Shown: in pieces, positions 43,368 through 59,470 of the stretch | Position numbering within the stretch: the first letter of the stretch is position 1 | How the letters are laid out: the number at the start of each line of letters is the position of its first letter | Assembly (NCBI GenBank): GCA_013239625.1 | Contig: MU054212.1 | Location: 1,860,001-1,924,000, forward strand | Length of the DNA stretch: 64,000 bases | Direction of reading: 5' to 3' | Origin: Lama guanicoe | Taxonomy: Eukaryota | Notes under the pieces: generated by a model | Seen by the model: only the letters and a program-made list of their open reading frames with translations | Database searches by the model: none | What the model was told of the DNA's origin: nothing | Made by a program: the position numbers and the translations under genes

Positions 43368-44485
43368 TCGTTCTAGTCAAGGCAGAATAACAGGCAAAAG
43401 ATTCTCCCTCTCATCTTAAATAACTAAGAAAAAATGGACAAAATACATGAAGCAGCGTGTTTCAAACACTGGACATGAGGCAGTGCAGGACAGTGATCTC
43501 TGAAGGCGGGAAAGCACGTGAGGTGAGCCCCAGATTGCCCAGCTATGTGTGGAGCGTTTCCAGCCACAGGGTAGAGAGTGGAAACCCAGGGTGGGCAGGA
43601 AGGTCCTTCTGAGCTGGCGGCGCCAGGAGGCGGAAGTTCAGTTCCTAAAGCAGAGTCCCGCGGTGCAGAGAACTATCTCGAGAGAGGACTGCAAGGGTCC
43701 TCCCGAGTCTGAAGCGGAGTGGTGGTCAGTGCGTGCATGTGACAAGGGTACCTGAGACCAGGAAGAGCCTTCCCTGGGGCAGCACAGCCCCCACCAGGCT
43801 GTGTTCCCGCAAGCCTGAGCACAGCCCCTCCTCCCTCAATAACCCTGTCACACTGAATAGTGTGTTCAGAAGGCCATTGCCTCAGTCGTGGGAAAAAACT
43901 AGCCTAAGTCAAAGGTTGCTCTGATCCTACAAAAAAATAAGTAAATAAATGCCTCCAAAGGATCAAATTAACTTAAATGCTTCCCAGAACAAAGCTCAGT
44001 GACATTGCTATAAATACAAAAATATCTAGCACCTAAGAAGGTAAAAGTCACAGTATGTGACATTTAATAAAAAAAATCACTAGGCCCACAGGAAAATGGC
44101 ACAGATGAAATTAGCAGACAAGGACATTCAAAAAGTTATCATAACTACATTCCACGTAGTCAAGCTGTAGAAGAAGAGACGCTAAGCAGAGTTACTAGAG
44201 ACATGAAAGCAAACATAAAGAGATGTTGAATTTTAAGAGATGAAAAATATACTGGGTGCTTTTAACAGCAGATTAGACATCACAGAAGAAAAGGTTAGTG
44301 AATTTAAAGACGTAAGAATGAAAACTATCCAAAATGAAGCACAAAGGGAAAAAAGGCTGAAAAAAAATTAACAAAGCATCGATGAATGGTCGGACAACTT
44401 CAGGCAGTGTAATATACATGGAATCCCTGAAGGGGGCAGGTACAGAAAAATATTTGAAAATAGATAATTTTTGATGACAAACTGT
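43368..44485 (+). mobile_element. Second old L1M fragment: 5' UTR and partial ORF1
   Basis: L1M-type 5' segment followed by ORF1-like DNA (aacagcagattagacatcacagaagaaaaggttagtgaattt...aaactatccaaaatgaagcacaaagggaaaaaagg...gaaaaatatttgaaaa). Confidence 0.75.
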
Positions 44486-44949
44486 CATGGAGATTCAGAT
44501 TATCTGAATATGTTCCAATTCTCTATATTTTCATGATTTTAAGTATATACTATTTTCTGAATATGGTAACTAGAAATACATTATACCTGGAAATGAATAA
44601 TACGTAAAAGCAAGCCCACATTTAACATCTGGAATTATGCATAGTCTACCAAACAGATGAGTGGTTTTCAGAATACATTTAAGAAGTAAAGTAAAATTCT
44701 AATATAAATTTATCTTCTACTTTTTGTGGACCTGAACATTGATGCATTACTGACGAAGAAGTTAAGAAATTTCTCACACAGAGAGCTCTTCTCCTTCTGG
44801 CTGAGATGATGGCAGCTTATGAAAGCAAAGAAAAGAAATTTCGGTCATGAGTTGCAAAGAAAAATCAGCAAATTGTAGTATGAGTATGGAAATTGACAAG
44901 TTTCAGATCAAAATGAGAAAAAAGGAAGGAGAAAAAACCATCAGGAACA

Positions 44950-45030
44950 TATGCCAAATCACTATTTTGTACACCTCAAACTTATAGAACGTTATGTGTC
45001 ATTCACATCTCACTGAAAGTGGAAAAAGTG
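44950..45030 (+). mobile_element. Short L1 3'-end fragment
   Basis: caaatcactattttgtacacctcaaacttata...gttatgtgtca...atctca...ggaaaaa, with AGGAACA on both sides (44943-44949 and 45031-45037). Confidence 0.55.
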
Positions 45031-45559
45031 AGGAACAAGCCGAAAGAGTGGGAAGTGAAACTTGGTCTAGTCAGGAAGGTGTAATTCATACACATTCAGA
45101 CAATCTTAGGATCTTGGTTTGATCAAACAAAGTACTTGATTTAGGGGGAGGCTCTGTCCTCTTCTTAATCCAGTTCTACTTTACACAGTCAACATTGTAC
45201 TGACCACTGAAAATCTGAGCCAGATTTTCCTCTGTTTGGGATTAGGATGATAATTAGAGAGATGAACAATAATATATGCACGGTGGTCAGCTTCAGACAA
45301 ACAGGCAGAAGAAGCAAACACTGCTTTCTGCTTCAAAAATTTATCTGTCGACCAATTGTTTTAAAGCATACTGCATTTTTTTCTCCATATGCACGCACGG
45401 TGGTATCATTGGAGGCTGAAATGTTGAGCCAAGGCTCAATTTAAAACACAGAAATGATAAAGGAAAAAAAAAGTGAGGACAAAGGGAAAAGCAACAATAT
45501 TAACAAAACCTCCTCACTGTTTAAATACTAAGATTAATATTCTCAAAGTCAAAAAATTC

Positions 45560-45700
45560 TAGAGCTAAGGTACTTTCGTGCAATCTCCTTATCTCCCGGA
45601 GGTAAAGAGACGCATCTGGGTTATGCAGCTGCCTAACTTAAGCGAAGGAACTGAGATGCAAGTCTCCTGAATCACAGCCCTGAGCCCCGTCCACTGAACC
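45560..45700 (-). mobile_element. Degenerate MIR fragment
   Basis: ctagagctaagg...gaggtaaagaga...aagtctcctgaatcacagccc...tccactgaacca. Confidence 0.35.
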
Positions 45701-46144
45701 ACCAATTTGCTTAAAAGGGAAAAGGGCACGAGCCCACTGTATCCACTGATTTTAACATGGGAATCTAATGCCCCGGAGAGCGTATATTAACACTTAAAAT
45801 AAAAATGATAAATAAAAATACTCTTTCTGATATAACCTTGATCCACCTTGACCTACTACATGAGAAATATTAATAAGAAATATTAATTTAAGAAACATTA
45901 ATATAATAAATATTGATTCCATACTTAGTTACTAGTAAATTTGGGCTCTCAGAATTTAGAAGCACTTTTGAGGATGCTGGTTTGAATGACCCCAGGTCTC
46001 TTAAAAGATCTGGCCGTGGAAGATACCATCCCTTCTTTAACCTTTTGATAAATGGTCTCCTTTATGCCTTGTAAGAAATTCAGATTTACTCCATTAATTG
46101 TTATTTTCATAAATCGTCATTCCAGTATCCTTTAGAGGAACACT

Positions 46145-46290
46145 TGAGGGGTTGAGAGCCAAGAAATCTGAATTCTGCCCCCATCTCTTGTTTGGGGCTT
46201 GGTAAGTCATGGAACCATGGATGTCAGCTTTCTCCTGAAAACAAGGGGGACAAAATGTGCTCTAGGTTTCGCTAAATCTCTCATTGTCAA
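46145..46290 (+). mobile_element. Degenerate MIR fragment
   Basis: gagccaagaaatctgaattctg...cttggtaagtca...tcagctttctcctgaaaacaagggg. Confidence 0.4.
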
Positions 46291-47785
46291 TTGTAAGGGT
46301 TAGGAGAGCAAGAATTTCTAGTCTTGTATTTGCAACTCTATTTTATTTTATTTTCTTCCTTTTTCCGTTCTGTACTCATCAACAAGTAGAAGCATCTGTG
46401 AAAAGACACAGAGTGGCAGTGAGCTAAAGTAACTGTTAATGAATTTTTATATCTTATTTTTCAACATCAGCTTGAGGACGGTTTCTTTTTCTCTCCTCAA
46501 TTCACTGGCCACGTGGGTCTTGCTTCAGGAACGAGGTAATACATTAGTAAAAGCATTGGTAATTGCTGTTTTTTGATGAGCACTGTGATGAAAGGACAAA
46601 AGTTGAAGAATTGGGATTGCTATGTGGTTTAAATGTAAGCTAATTTCAGAGCAATCCTTTATTTTTGGCTTTTTTTATTTGTCCTGAACTCTTCTCCTTT
46701 TTCTTGATTCTTATTCAGATTTCCTTTCCTGATCGTGTTGTATAGATGATTCTCATTTACTTAGTTATTTTTATTTTATTTTCAATTGTGGGAACCAACA
46801 AATGACTTAACTATGTTGACAGCATTCATACCAAGTAAAAATTCTATCCAAGTTATATCAAATATGTGGAAATGCTTTGCTCTAAACAAATTAGATATCT
46901 ACGTCAAATATACTCCTCCATACTATAAATACGGGTTCCAAAGCTCCTATTTTTAAACCACAGGTATTAGAAAGATGCACGTAGAAATGCTTTGAGTTGC
47001 ATAAATCCAAGCTATAATCATCATAATAGGTAGTTCTGCTTTAGGTGGTTTTATATTGCTTATGGAATTTTCTAGTATGGTGTTATGTTAAAGTATTTAA
47101 CCAAAATTTCCTTAACAGCATTTTTGAACACTGTCCATATATAAAAATAACTTCAATTAGTTGCCATTATGTGCCTACCACTAGTACCTCAAAGAGAAAG
47201 TACCCATCAGTATCTGTCTGAGACATGAATTCACTTTCAATACGATATTGAGCTCATAAATTCAACAATTTATACTTCAAAGGGAGGGGTGGATTTTTCT
47301 GCTGTTTTTATTTACAATGAAAATTGAATCTTAACTAGCCCCATGGGAATACGGTAGACAATAATCCATTGTTGAACATTAGCCTTAGTATTCATCTGAT
47401 TTATTGATTGCATGAAATGAGGTCTCTGATTCAACTCAAGAGTTTGGCATTTTACACATTATAGTTTGTAAAACTGTTTGATTAACACTAAACTTCAAAG
47501 AAGACTATTAATGTTGAGTAAATTTGACTCAACACTAGGAGATATCAAGATATAACTTATGTTTGATTTGTGGTTCAACTTCTGTTCCTAAAATGAAACA
47601 GTAATGGTAGATCTTTTAGTGCGTGTGTGTGTGCTTGTGTTTATAAAACAAGTTCAATTACAGGCTAACAAGATTGCATCAATTATCTCTTTGGCTATGT
47701 AGCGTTTGAATAAGTAGGTGCTGCTTCAAGCAATTTAGGATAAAACTGACCAAAAAAGTGAATTTGGGTTGAGACTAACATGGGG

Positions 47786-47817
47786 GTGTGTGTGTGTGTG
47801 TGTGCGCGTGTGTGTGT
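47786..47817. repeat. (TG)n/(CG) compound microsatellite
   Basis: Read directly. Confidence 0.9.
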
Positions 47818-48636
47818 AAAATGGTGTCATAAGTTTTCTACAGGGAAACTTTCCAGGATAGACTTAGTTTTCAAAATTGCTTTATTATTATTATTAGTAG
47901 TAGTCATAGAAAGCTATGAATTGGCTGTGATTTTGCTATTGTTTCTAAAATATAAACTTGTTGTTATTCAATTGTAGCTCGTGCTTTAAGTTCTACTGTG
48001 GATATAAGCCCAGATTTTGCAAGTGTTTGACCGTTACCATTAAGTACAAAATTAGAAAATGGCTTATTTCATCTTATATTCTATTCCTAGTTGTAGCAAC
48101 CTTTTTGACATTAGTACAACTTTTGTGCACTTTATCCCCCTTTGGTGGCCCTCAGAAATGTAATTTTTGCCTCTATGTACTTTTTAAAAGTTAGGAATTT
48201 GGATCCAAGGAATAGCCTCAAGAAACAGGAGAGACTCCTTCAGGATAACTCTTAAGAATAAATATTCTTGAAACTTGAAAGTGGATTTGACTTTCCAGTA
48301 ACAGAGACCACATAGTAATACTCCAGCAATTTTGTCAAACCCATGAACCCATTTCCAGGTCTCACAAGCAATCCTTGGCTTCTTAGAACCTTTTCCTCCC
48401 AAGGAAATTGACCAAAAAACTTCCCTCTCTCTTCCTCTGGCTCCTAACTTTGTAGTTTACAAACTCATGAATGAGGTCAGGCTGTTGATATTAAGCTTAC
48501 ATTCTACACGGCAATGTTACAAATTTAAATGAAGCAGTATCTGTGTTCCGGCTCCTCAAATGAATAGTTCATTCCATATAAATGGACAGATTATTAATGA
48601 CTACATTCTGCCTTTCTATCCCCTTTGTAGTTCTCA

Positions 48637-48934
48637 ATTAGAAAAAGAAATAAAAGGAATATAGATTAGAAAAGAAGAAATAAAACTGTCTTTGCATACA
48701 CGACATGATTGACTATGCAGAAAATCCTCCAACACTGGCAAAAAAAACTGGAACTAATGAGTGACTGTAGCAAGTTTGTAGGCTACAAAGTTAAATATGT
48801 AAATATACAAAATTCAAATGCTTTTCTATATACAAACAATGTGCAACTGGAATTTGAAATTGAAAACACAACACTATATTAGCAACAAAAATATGTAGGT
48901 ATACACTTGGCAAAAACATATATAAGATCTTTCT
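48637..48934 (+). mobile_element. Old L1 (L1M/L1MC-like) ORF2 fragment, left half of the element interrupted by the young L1
   Basis: Degenerate RT-region sequence gaaaaagaaataaaaggaatatagattagaaaagaagaaataaaactgtctttg...gacatgatt...gaaaatcc, homologous to the young L1 at about 49955-50255. Confidence 0.85.
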
Positions 48935-52043
<3,109 letters not shown>

Positions 52044-52118
52044 TAAGATACAATTCTTAGAATAATTCAAATAAAAAGTTATATAAAGTGAGAAAAAAAA
52101 CATATATAAGATCTTTCT

Positions 52119-53845
52119 GAAGAAAACTACAAAGTTCTGATAAAGGACATTTTAAACAGATCTAAATAAATGGAAAGGTATTCTATGTTCATGGATAGGG
52201 AGACTTAATGTTGTTAAGATGCCAGTTCTTCCCCACTTGATCTATAGGTTCAGTGCAATCTCAGTCAGGATTCCAGCGTGTTACTTTGTGGATGTCAACA
52301 AAATAATTTTAAAGCCTACATGAAAAGGCAAAAGACCTAAAATAGCTGACAAAATACTGAAGAAAACCAAAGTCAGAGGAACGGTGTTACTCAACTTAAA
52401 GACTTATAAAGTTACAGCAATCAGGATAGTGTGATACTAGTGAAAGAAAGACAACTAGATCAATGGAACAAAATGGAGAGCTGAGAGAAACAGACTCACA
52501 AAGACAACGAACTGGTGTGTCACAAATGAGTAAATACAATCCAACAGAGAAGAGACAGTCTTTTCAACAAATGGTGCTAGAACAACTGGACATTCACATG
52601 CAAAAAAATGAACCTAGATACAGACCTCGTATCTTTCATAAAAATTAACTCAAAATGGATCACAGACTAACTGTAAAACACAAAAATAAAACCTCTAGAA
52701 GGTAACACAGGAGAAAATCCAGGTACCTGACATTTGGCAATAAATTTTTAGATGCAAGGTCCATGAAGGAAAAAAATGGAAAGCTGGACTTCATTTAAAT
52801 AAAAAAAAATTCTGCTCTGCTAAAGACAATGTAAAGGAATGAAAAGCCATGGGCTATCAGAAAATATTTGCAAACACATGCCTGATAAAAGGACTTGTAT
52901 CCAAAACATGCAAAGAAATACCAAGATTCAACAATAAGAAAACAAACTATCCAGTATAAAGTTGGAAAATGATCTGAACTGACACTTCATCAAAGAAGAT
53001 ACACAGATGGCAAATAAGCATACGAAAAGATGCTCAACATCATTTGTCATTAGTGACTTGCAAATTAAAACAACAATGAAATACCACTACCTACCTATTA
53101 GAATGGCTAAATTCTAAAACGCTGACCAAACCAAATGCTGGCAAGGATTTAAAGCAACAGAAAGTCATGCACTGCTGCTGGTAGGAATGCAGAATGTGAC
53201 AGCTACTTTAGAAGACAGTTTGACAGTGTTTTCCCAAAGCTAAACATAGTATTAACATGTGATTCAGCAATTGCTCTCTTATGTATTTATCCAAATGAGT
53301 GAAAATGTATGTCCATATAAAAACCTGCACAAAGATGTTTACAGCAGCTTTATTCATAATTGCTAAAACTTGGAAGCAATCAAGATGTCCTTCAGTTGGT
53401 GAATGGATAAACAAACTGTGGTACATCCAGACAATGGAATGATTTGCAGACATAAAAAGAAACAAGCTATCAAACCATCAAAAGACATGGAGGAAGCGTA
53501 AATGCATGTTACTAACTAAAAGAAGCCAATCTGAAGAGGCTACGTACTATATGATTCCAATTATATGACATTCTGGAAAAGGCAAAATTATGGAGACAAT
53601 AAAAAGATCAACGTTGCTAGGGGTTCCAGAGGAGAGGGACAGTACAGTGGCTTTTTAGGGCAGCGAAACTATTTAGTTAGCAATAATATATATTAATAAT
53701 GGTTCATCAGTCGTACCACCCTCATGCAAGATGTGAATAATCTGGGTGTGCTGTGGGCTGGAGCGAACTCTGTACTTTCTATTCAATTTTTTCTATAAAC
53801 CTAGAACTGCTCTAAGAAATAAAGTCTGTTACTTAAAAAATAAAA
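52119..53845 (+). mobile_element. Old L1 (L1MC-like 3' end), right half of the interrupted element
   Basis: Resumes ORF2 homology directly after the duplication (gaagaaaactacaaa...aaatggaaaggtattctatgttcatgg) with many stops and indels. It ends in actctgtactttct...aaacctagaactgctctaagaaataaagtc, typical of L1MC-group 3' ends. Subfamily is from memory. Confidence 0.85.
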
Positions 53846-54264
53846 TAAGTCTAATCTAAAGTAGATTTTTTTTAATCTATGGCATACCTGAATGGAAAAA
53901 TGAACAGTGTTGTCACAAAAGTTTGGCAGCAGCCGGAGAGAACCAGAGGGAAGCAGGCACAGAGCAGAGACGGCTCCTCCTGCCTGTTCCTCCGGCTTCC
54001 AGTACTGCCCCCTCCACCCACACTCATGCCACACTGAATGGCCCGTTACAAGAAAATGAGAACGTGTCACTCTCCTCCTGAACTTCAAGAAAGCCCCTGG
54101 GCCACAAGATAAAACTGAGACTCCCCGGTAGGCACACAAGGTCTGTCACAGTCAGGCGCGCTCCACTTCGGGGCTCACCCAGTCGCCGCATCCCACCGGC
54201 CGTATGTACGATTCGCCAAGAGGCTCGTCACAGGCAGGAAAGTCTTCCTCTGGCCTTGCAAGCT

Positions 54265-54546
54265 CCTGGTCATTCTTCAAATGTCACTTAGGGAGTTCTT
54301 AACTGGCGAGTCTTCTCTGCGCTTCCCAGGCAGCTTTAAGATCCTTCTGCCTGTGCCCCAGTTGACCAGGGTCATGGCCCCCATAAGAGAAAGACCACAT
54401 TGAGATTTAATAATTCATTTGCACACCTGGTGCCTCATTTGCCCAAGTTCCTTTAGGGGACCACTGTGTTGCATTTGTCTTTGTATCCCTAGTGTCTAGA
54501 ACACAGCCTAGTATACAGTAGGTGTTGAATAAATGCTTACTGAATA
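54265..54546 (+). mobile_element. LINE-2 3' end
   Basis: ctttgtatccctagtgtctagaacacagcctagtatacagtaggtgttgaataaatgcttactgaat. Confidence 0.6.
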
Positions 54547-57500
54547 ACACCAGGAGCTGAATATTCAAGCTCTGATTCACTGCAGCCTCTATGGTAATAC
54601 CCTCTAGCCAGTATTTTAATAGTTCACACTTCTCTAATCAATTCTCACTTGTATACATAGTGAACTCTTGATTACCCACAAGAGGATTATCCACATTGTA
54701 GTCTCGTGTAGCAAACCTTACTTTAAACTTCTTGTTGACATCTCCAGCTGTTTACTTATGTCCTTCAATGACATTGTCACCGATTCCGTCTACTTGTACT
54801 CCTGTATTAGCCAAGAGCATGGCAGAAGTTGGGGGGGAAGGTATTTTTAAAGAAACAAACACTTACTTGCCTCTCTTTACCTAAGATTCTGGGCTCAAAA
54901 ATGCGAGAAATCTTGAAGACAGAAAAAAAGAGGACACCAAGTGAAGCCAAATAATTCTTTATCTCAAACTATGAATCTCTGAATCGCTTTGAAGATATGT
55001 TACTTAACAAATAATACTGTATCTCTAGATACCATACATTCTCTGCCGGTTGTATCAGTGGTTTGTAACTCCTAACTTTTTCAGTCCCTTGGGAATCACC
55101 ACCTTGATGATCACACTCACTGGGGCAGGATGTGTAGGAACAAGAGCGGCTGCACACACCTAAAATAATCATATATTAAATTAAACCCTGTCTTCAATTT
55201 CAGACTGTTACTAAAGATAAAAAATAAACACTTCGATCTCAGGCACAGGGCTTTTTGTTTTGTTTTGTTTTCTATTTCCCTGAGAACGTTCTATGAAACT
55301 ATTTTTTAATGTCATTTACATTAAACTCTTGAGCTGCTGACTGTGCCTTAGACTTGTCTGAAGGCCCCCGGTAGTGATTCTTCTTTTAAATTTAAAAGCC
55401 TAATGAACCCAGATTTTCAAAAGTAGCTAATATTGGGTTGAGGGCCAAACAATATAATGATGCAGAGCTGCTCGCATTATTCCTGGAGCTATTTGATTTT
55501 GACAAGCCCACATTTGGTAATTAACATGAGAATGCCCCCTTGGGCCGTTCTCCTGTTAGCTAAAATATCTTATAAATTACTGTAATAAAAGGGGGAAAAA
55601 AGGAACACGCTGCCTGTCAATGTTTCAACTTATCTAGCAAGAGTAGAAGACAAAGCCCTGATCTGGAAACATACAGATGCCAAATTCGAGCATAAATTCT
55701 ACCGTCTGCCCCAACAGGAGGGAGCTGTCTACGAGGGGACAGGTGCACAACCGTCAACCGACTTCCCAAAGTGACAGGTGTGTCGGCCCCTTGGACAGGT
55801 AGTATTTTTATGACTCACATTTGCACTGAGGAGTGATGTCATCATCTACTAAATAGCAGGTCAGCGGACGCAGCACGTGTAATTGAAGAAGCAGCTTTAT
55901 ATATTCGTTTTAAGGTCTCTTGGCAGAGTTTAATAAATAATACCATGTACCAATGATAGAAAGTACAGTCTAATATATTATCCCAATTGAGATGAATGTA
56001 TTAACATGGCCGTAATACAGAGTCTAAGTGCATTTGTGGTTAGGAGTCAAACGTCTCTCTTCACTACCTCTGTTTGCTCCCATCTGGCTATGAGCTCGTA
56101 ATCAGCTAAAAGAATTGGAAGTAGACAAATGATCAGGTTTTATAGTTTATTTTCTTGAGGCGAAGATTTAGCAGTGACGTAATTCTAATTCTGGCAAAGA
56201 GAAATAACAGCCTGTGGCTATTTCCTTCGAACTGACTTTCAGAATTCTTCCAGTCCACACTTTTTTTTTTTTGCTGTTTCACCCACAAACACATTTATTA
56301 GCCTCCTGTAGACACAGAGGTCATCAAAAGATAATATGATACAAGTAAGGCATTCTTCACAGGCAATGGAGAACTGTGTCTCCAAGCACATCTGTAGTGG
56401 TATACTCCAGGTAATCAGGTAAAGGCATATGCATCAAATGTGCCTAAAAATAAACCTGATTTCCACAGTACAATTTTACCTACTGTTACCTAACCGACTT
56501 CTGTTATCATCAACTTATCTTAGTCTGGGACAATAACCAACTTACTTTGAGTTGACAACAGCTGCTGATTGAAACAAAAGTGTTCCATGTTCTCATGTTC
56601 TGATACTTAGGGTCTTTTTATTTTTTTTAATACTCCAGTTAAATGCCCGAAGGAATCAATGTGTATAAAAAGTAGACTTATTGATACAAATTCTAAGCCT
56701 GCAACAGAATATAGCTCAAAAATAGCTGTGTTTAATCTACAGCAGACATAATTTGCTACCACTGCTGAATTTTAACAGGAACAGATCCAAAATCATGTCA
56801 GTGTTCCCATTTCTGTGCCACAGAGTAATGACATTTAATCAGGAATATTACTACACTCTTCTGGTGACAGCTGAGACACAAAACCAGCCAGCTGATGCAA
56901 TTCCTGTCTTATTGTTGGCGACCTATAGGCAGCAGCCACAGACAGGAAGCTGCCTTACCTTGTACGTATTATCAGAGGAAACTTTACAGAACAAGGCTCG
57001 CAGACAAACTGCAAATGGAGACAGACCATCACGTTTCCCTAAGACCTCTGGAACCATCCTAGTCCTGACCTATCCCTGTGGCCAAAGGGAGCGTAAGGAT
57101 TTAACTGTTCTAGGTCTTTTTTAATGCAATGGCGCTGCTGTCGCCAGGTGTGAGGCAACATGAGGTCTGCAGAATACGACCGCCATGGCTCCTGCTCTGT
57201 TAGATCGATGGCCCATAATTACCTGGGAATTACTTGGACACAAATCAATGGTGTATTACGTCCCATTCATAATGAGCAGGGTAACTTTTGCCTGGTCTGC
57301 GGACGTCATGATAAAGACGATCTCCCCATCTGCTTCCTCTGCCTGCCTCTGCCCAAACTGCAAGTGATCCAGCCCAGAGAGACTGGGGAGACGGGAAGAG
57401 GGCTTCGGCGGGAAGGGAGTGGGGCTGTGTGCCTTCCCTCTGGAAACAGCCTTCAGTGCGCGGTGGTGGCAGGTTTTCCCTCAACCCGATGTGCGCAAAG

Positions 57501-59134
57501 ATTGACATCTCTGGGATAAAAGGCACCGCATTCCATTAGATGTCATCAGCTTGGCCAGCCTCCTCCCCCGGCCACGCCCCGAGGGATCCAGCCACATTTT
57601 GATGACATCCATCAAGCTCACGATTCCAGCTCAACAGTTTGCAGCAATTTCTCCATCTTGCCGCTATCACCGAAAGAGGGGCGGGGGGAGGCCCAGGCAA
57701 GGGGTGGGGAGGGGCCGCTCCGTGCTATTTGATCAAACACCAAACGTGCAGCCCCATAACTAAACTGCCACGAACACACCACTCTATCCTGTAACACTCC
57801 TTAAAAGTAAAGGAACAGAGCTGGAGTCCTGCTGGATTTCCCTTAGCAACCTGACAGGAGCCCACAAGGTCAGCTAGCAGGAAGCGTAGAAAATTATACA
57901 GCGGGGAATTATCAGCTAAATTATTTCACTATACTCAGGATTTTTACTGTTCTTCCCAAGACAGTGGCCTCTTGCTACCCAGATTAGAAACATGAATAAA
58001 AGGACAAGAATGACAAAGGGAGGGGTTAAAAAAAAGGGAAACATTTTAAATGCCTTATTATTTTATTTTATTATATACACATATATGTGCATCTATACAC
58101 ACACATCTACATGTGTGTCTATATATTTACATCTATATATTTATTTGGCTTTGTTTTTTGTTTTAATGCAACTCCTTGAGGCGGCTGCCCAAGGATCCAA
58201 TCTGCTTGTTTTCTTTCTCTGGCCATGATGCTTCTCATCCTTTTTGTCTGGGGTGGAAGGACAATGGGGGCTGGGCCGCAGACTGCCTCGCGATCACGCT
58301 GGCTGCACGAGCTACGGCAGCGGGAGCAAGCATGATTTATCAATTAACAGGTAATGAAAAAAATTCTCCGCAATTAAAGATATGATTTTGCTCAAACAGG
58401 AAGCGGCACCATACAACTGTGTACCCCTCTGAGGAATACTCAGCTCCTGTCACTAACGTGGAACACAGCTAATTTTAACAGAGTGTGTGTGGGTCCCCAG
58501 GGGGACTCCATGTTGATGAAGGAATATACAGTAGGGAACCCCCAGAGGACCTCGCTGATTGGAGAGCCCCAGGAAAGGTGTAGGGAAATTACATTTCCTG
58601 TTTCTTGGGAGAGTTATTAAAGGGAAAGGCAGCTTTAATCACTGAAAGACCAGTTGCTGTGGTATTATTTTTGATTTATATACCAAAACAATACCCTTTA
58701 TTCCTTGGTTGCTTTTTAATACATTTGTCAGCTTAGTCAATATTATATTTCAGCGTAACATATAAACAGCTGTAAGATCTTGTTAAAAATGTGAAGGGTT
58801 TTGAAAGATTATACAAGATAAAATGTATTATTGCCTCTCAACCAAAAATCAGAGAAAATCAAAGTAGACAGACAGAAATTTTCCTTTTTTCCCCTTTCAC
58901 ATGAGTCAACAAGATTTTTTTTTTCTAAAAATGGATTTCCTAATGATATGGAAAAAGTCGTAGGGTTCCCAGTATTTTCTTTTTCTGGATAAACAGATAG
59001 TTTCCTTAGAAAATTTTCATTTCTAAGCAATAAATGCAGAAAGGACAGAGTGATTTGTTAAAATTACGTTTATGTCAGTGTGCTTAAAATACTTCTGTAC
59101 AGTCAATATTCTACATCAATAATTTAATAAACTT

Positions 59135-59470
59135 TGGGGATGGAGGGACCTTCAGATCACCTAGTTGACCCTTCTCATTTTTCAGGTAAGAAAACAAAGA
59201 GAGAGTCTGGGTACTACTAGCAACACGGCAACCCCCATAAATCTAACATCAGTTGGGTAATTACTCTGTTAGGCACTGCTCTGAGCTCTGTGCATGTAGT
59301 ATTTTATTTAATTCTCACAGAAGCTCTGTGAGGTATTATTATTAACTGCCACTGTTCTCTTCATCTAAGGAGAAGCTCAGGCTTAGAGACGGTGAGGGAC
59401 CCACTCAAGGTCACACCTGAGAAGGGCAGAGGCAGGCTGTGGGGCCGTCTGGCGTCTGTGTCCTTGCCCA
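59135..59470 (-). mobile_element. Two adjacent MIR fragments
   Basis: ggagggaccttcagatcacctagt...ctcatttttcaggtaagaaaac, then aggcactgctctgagc...tttaattctcaca...ctgtgaggta...aggcttagagacggtgagggac...aaggtcacac. Confidence 0.6.

Noticed and set aside
46440..48420. AT-rich stretch that might be a very old LINE remnant
   Set aside because: I could not match it to any family or recover RT motifs by eye. It needs an HMM search.
48907..48934. Apparent N-terminus fused to L1 ORF2 ([10 protein letters not shown])
   Set aside because: It is a TTG start inside the old L1 and the duplicated target site, a chance in-frame junction.
55085..55094. Perfect EBF palindrome TCCCTTGGGA, tempting because ZNF521 binds EBF proteins
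   Set aside because: A single site with 8 informative bases in 64 kb is expected by chance, and there is no clustering.
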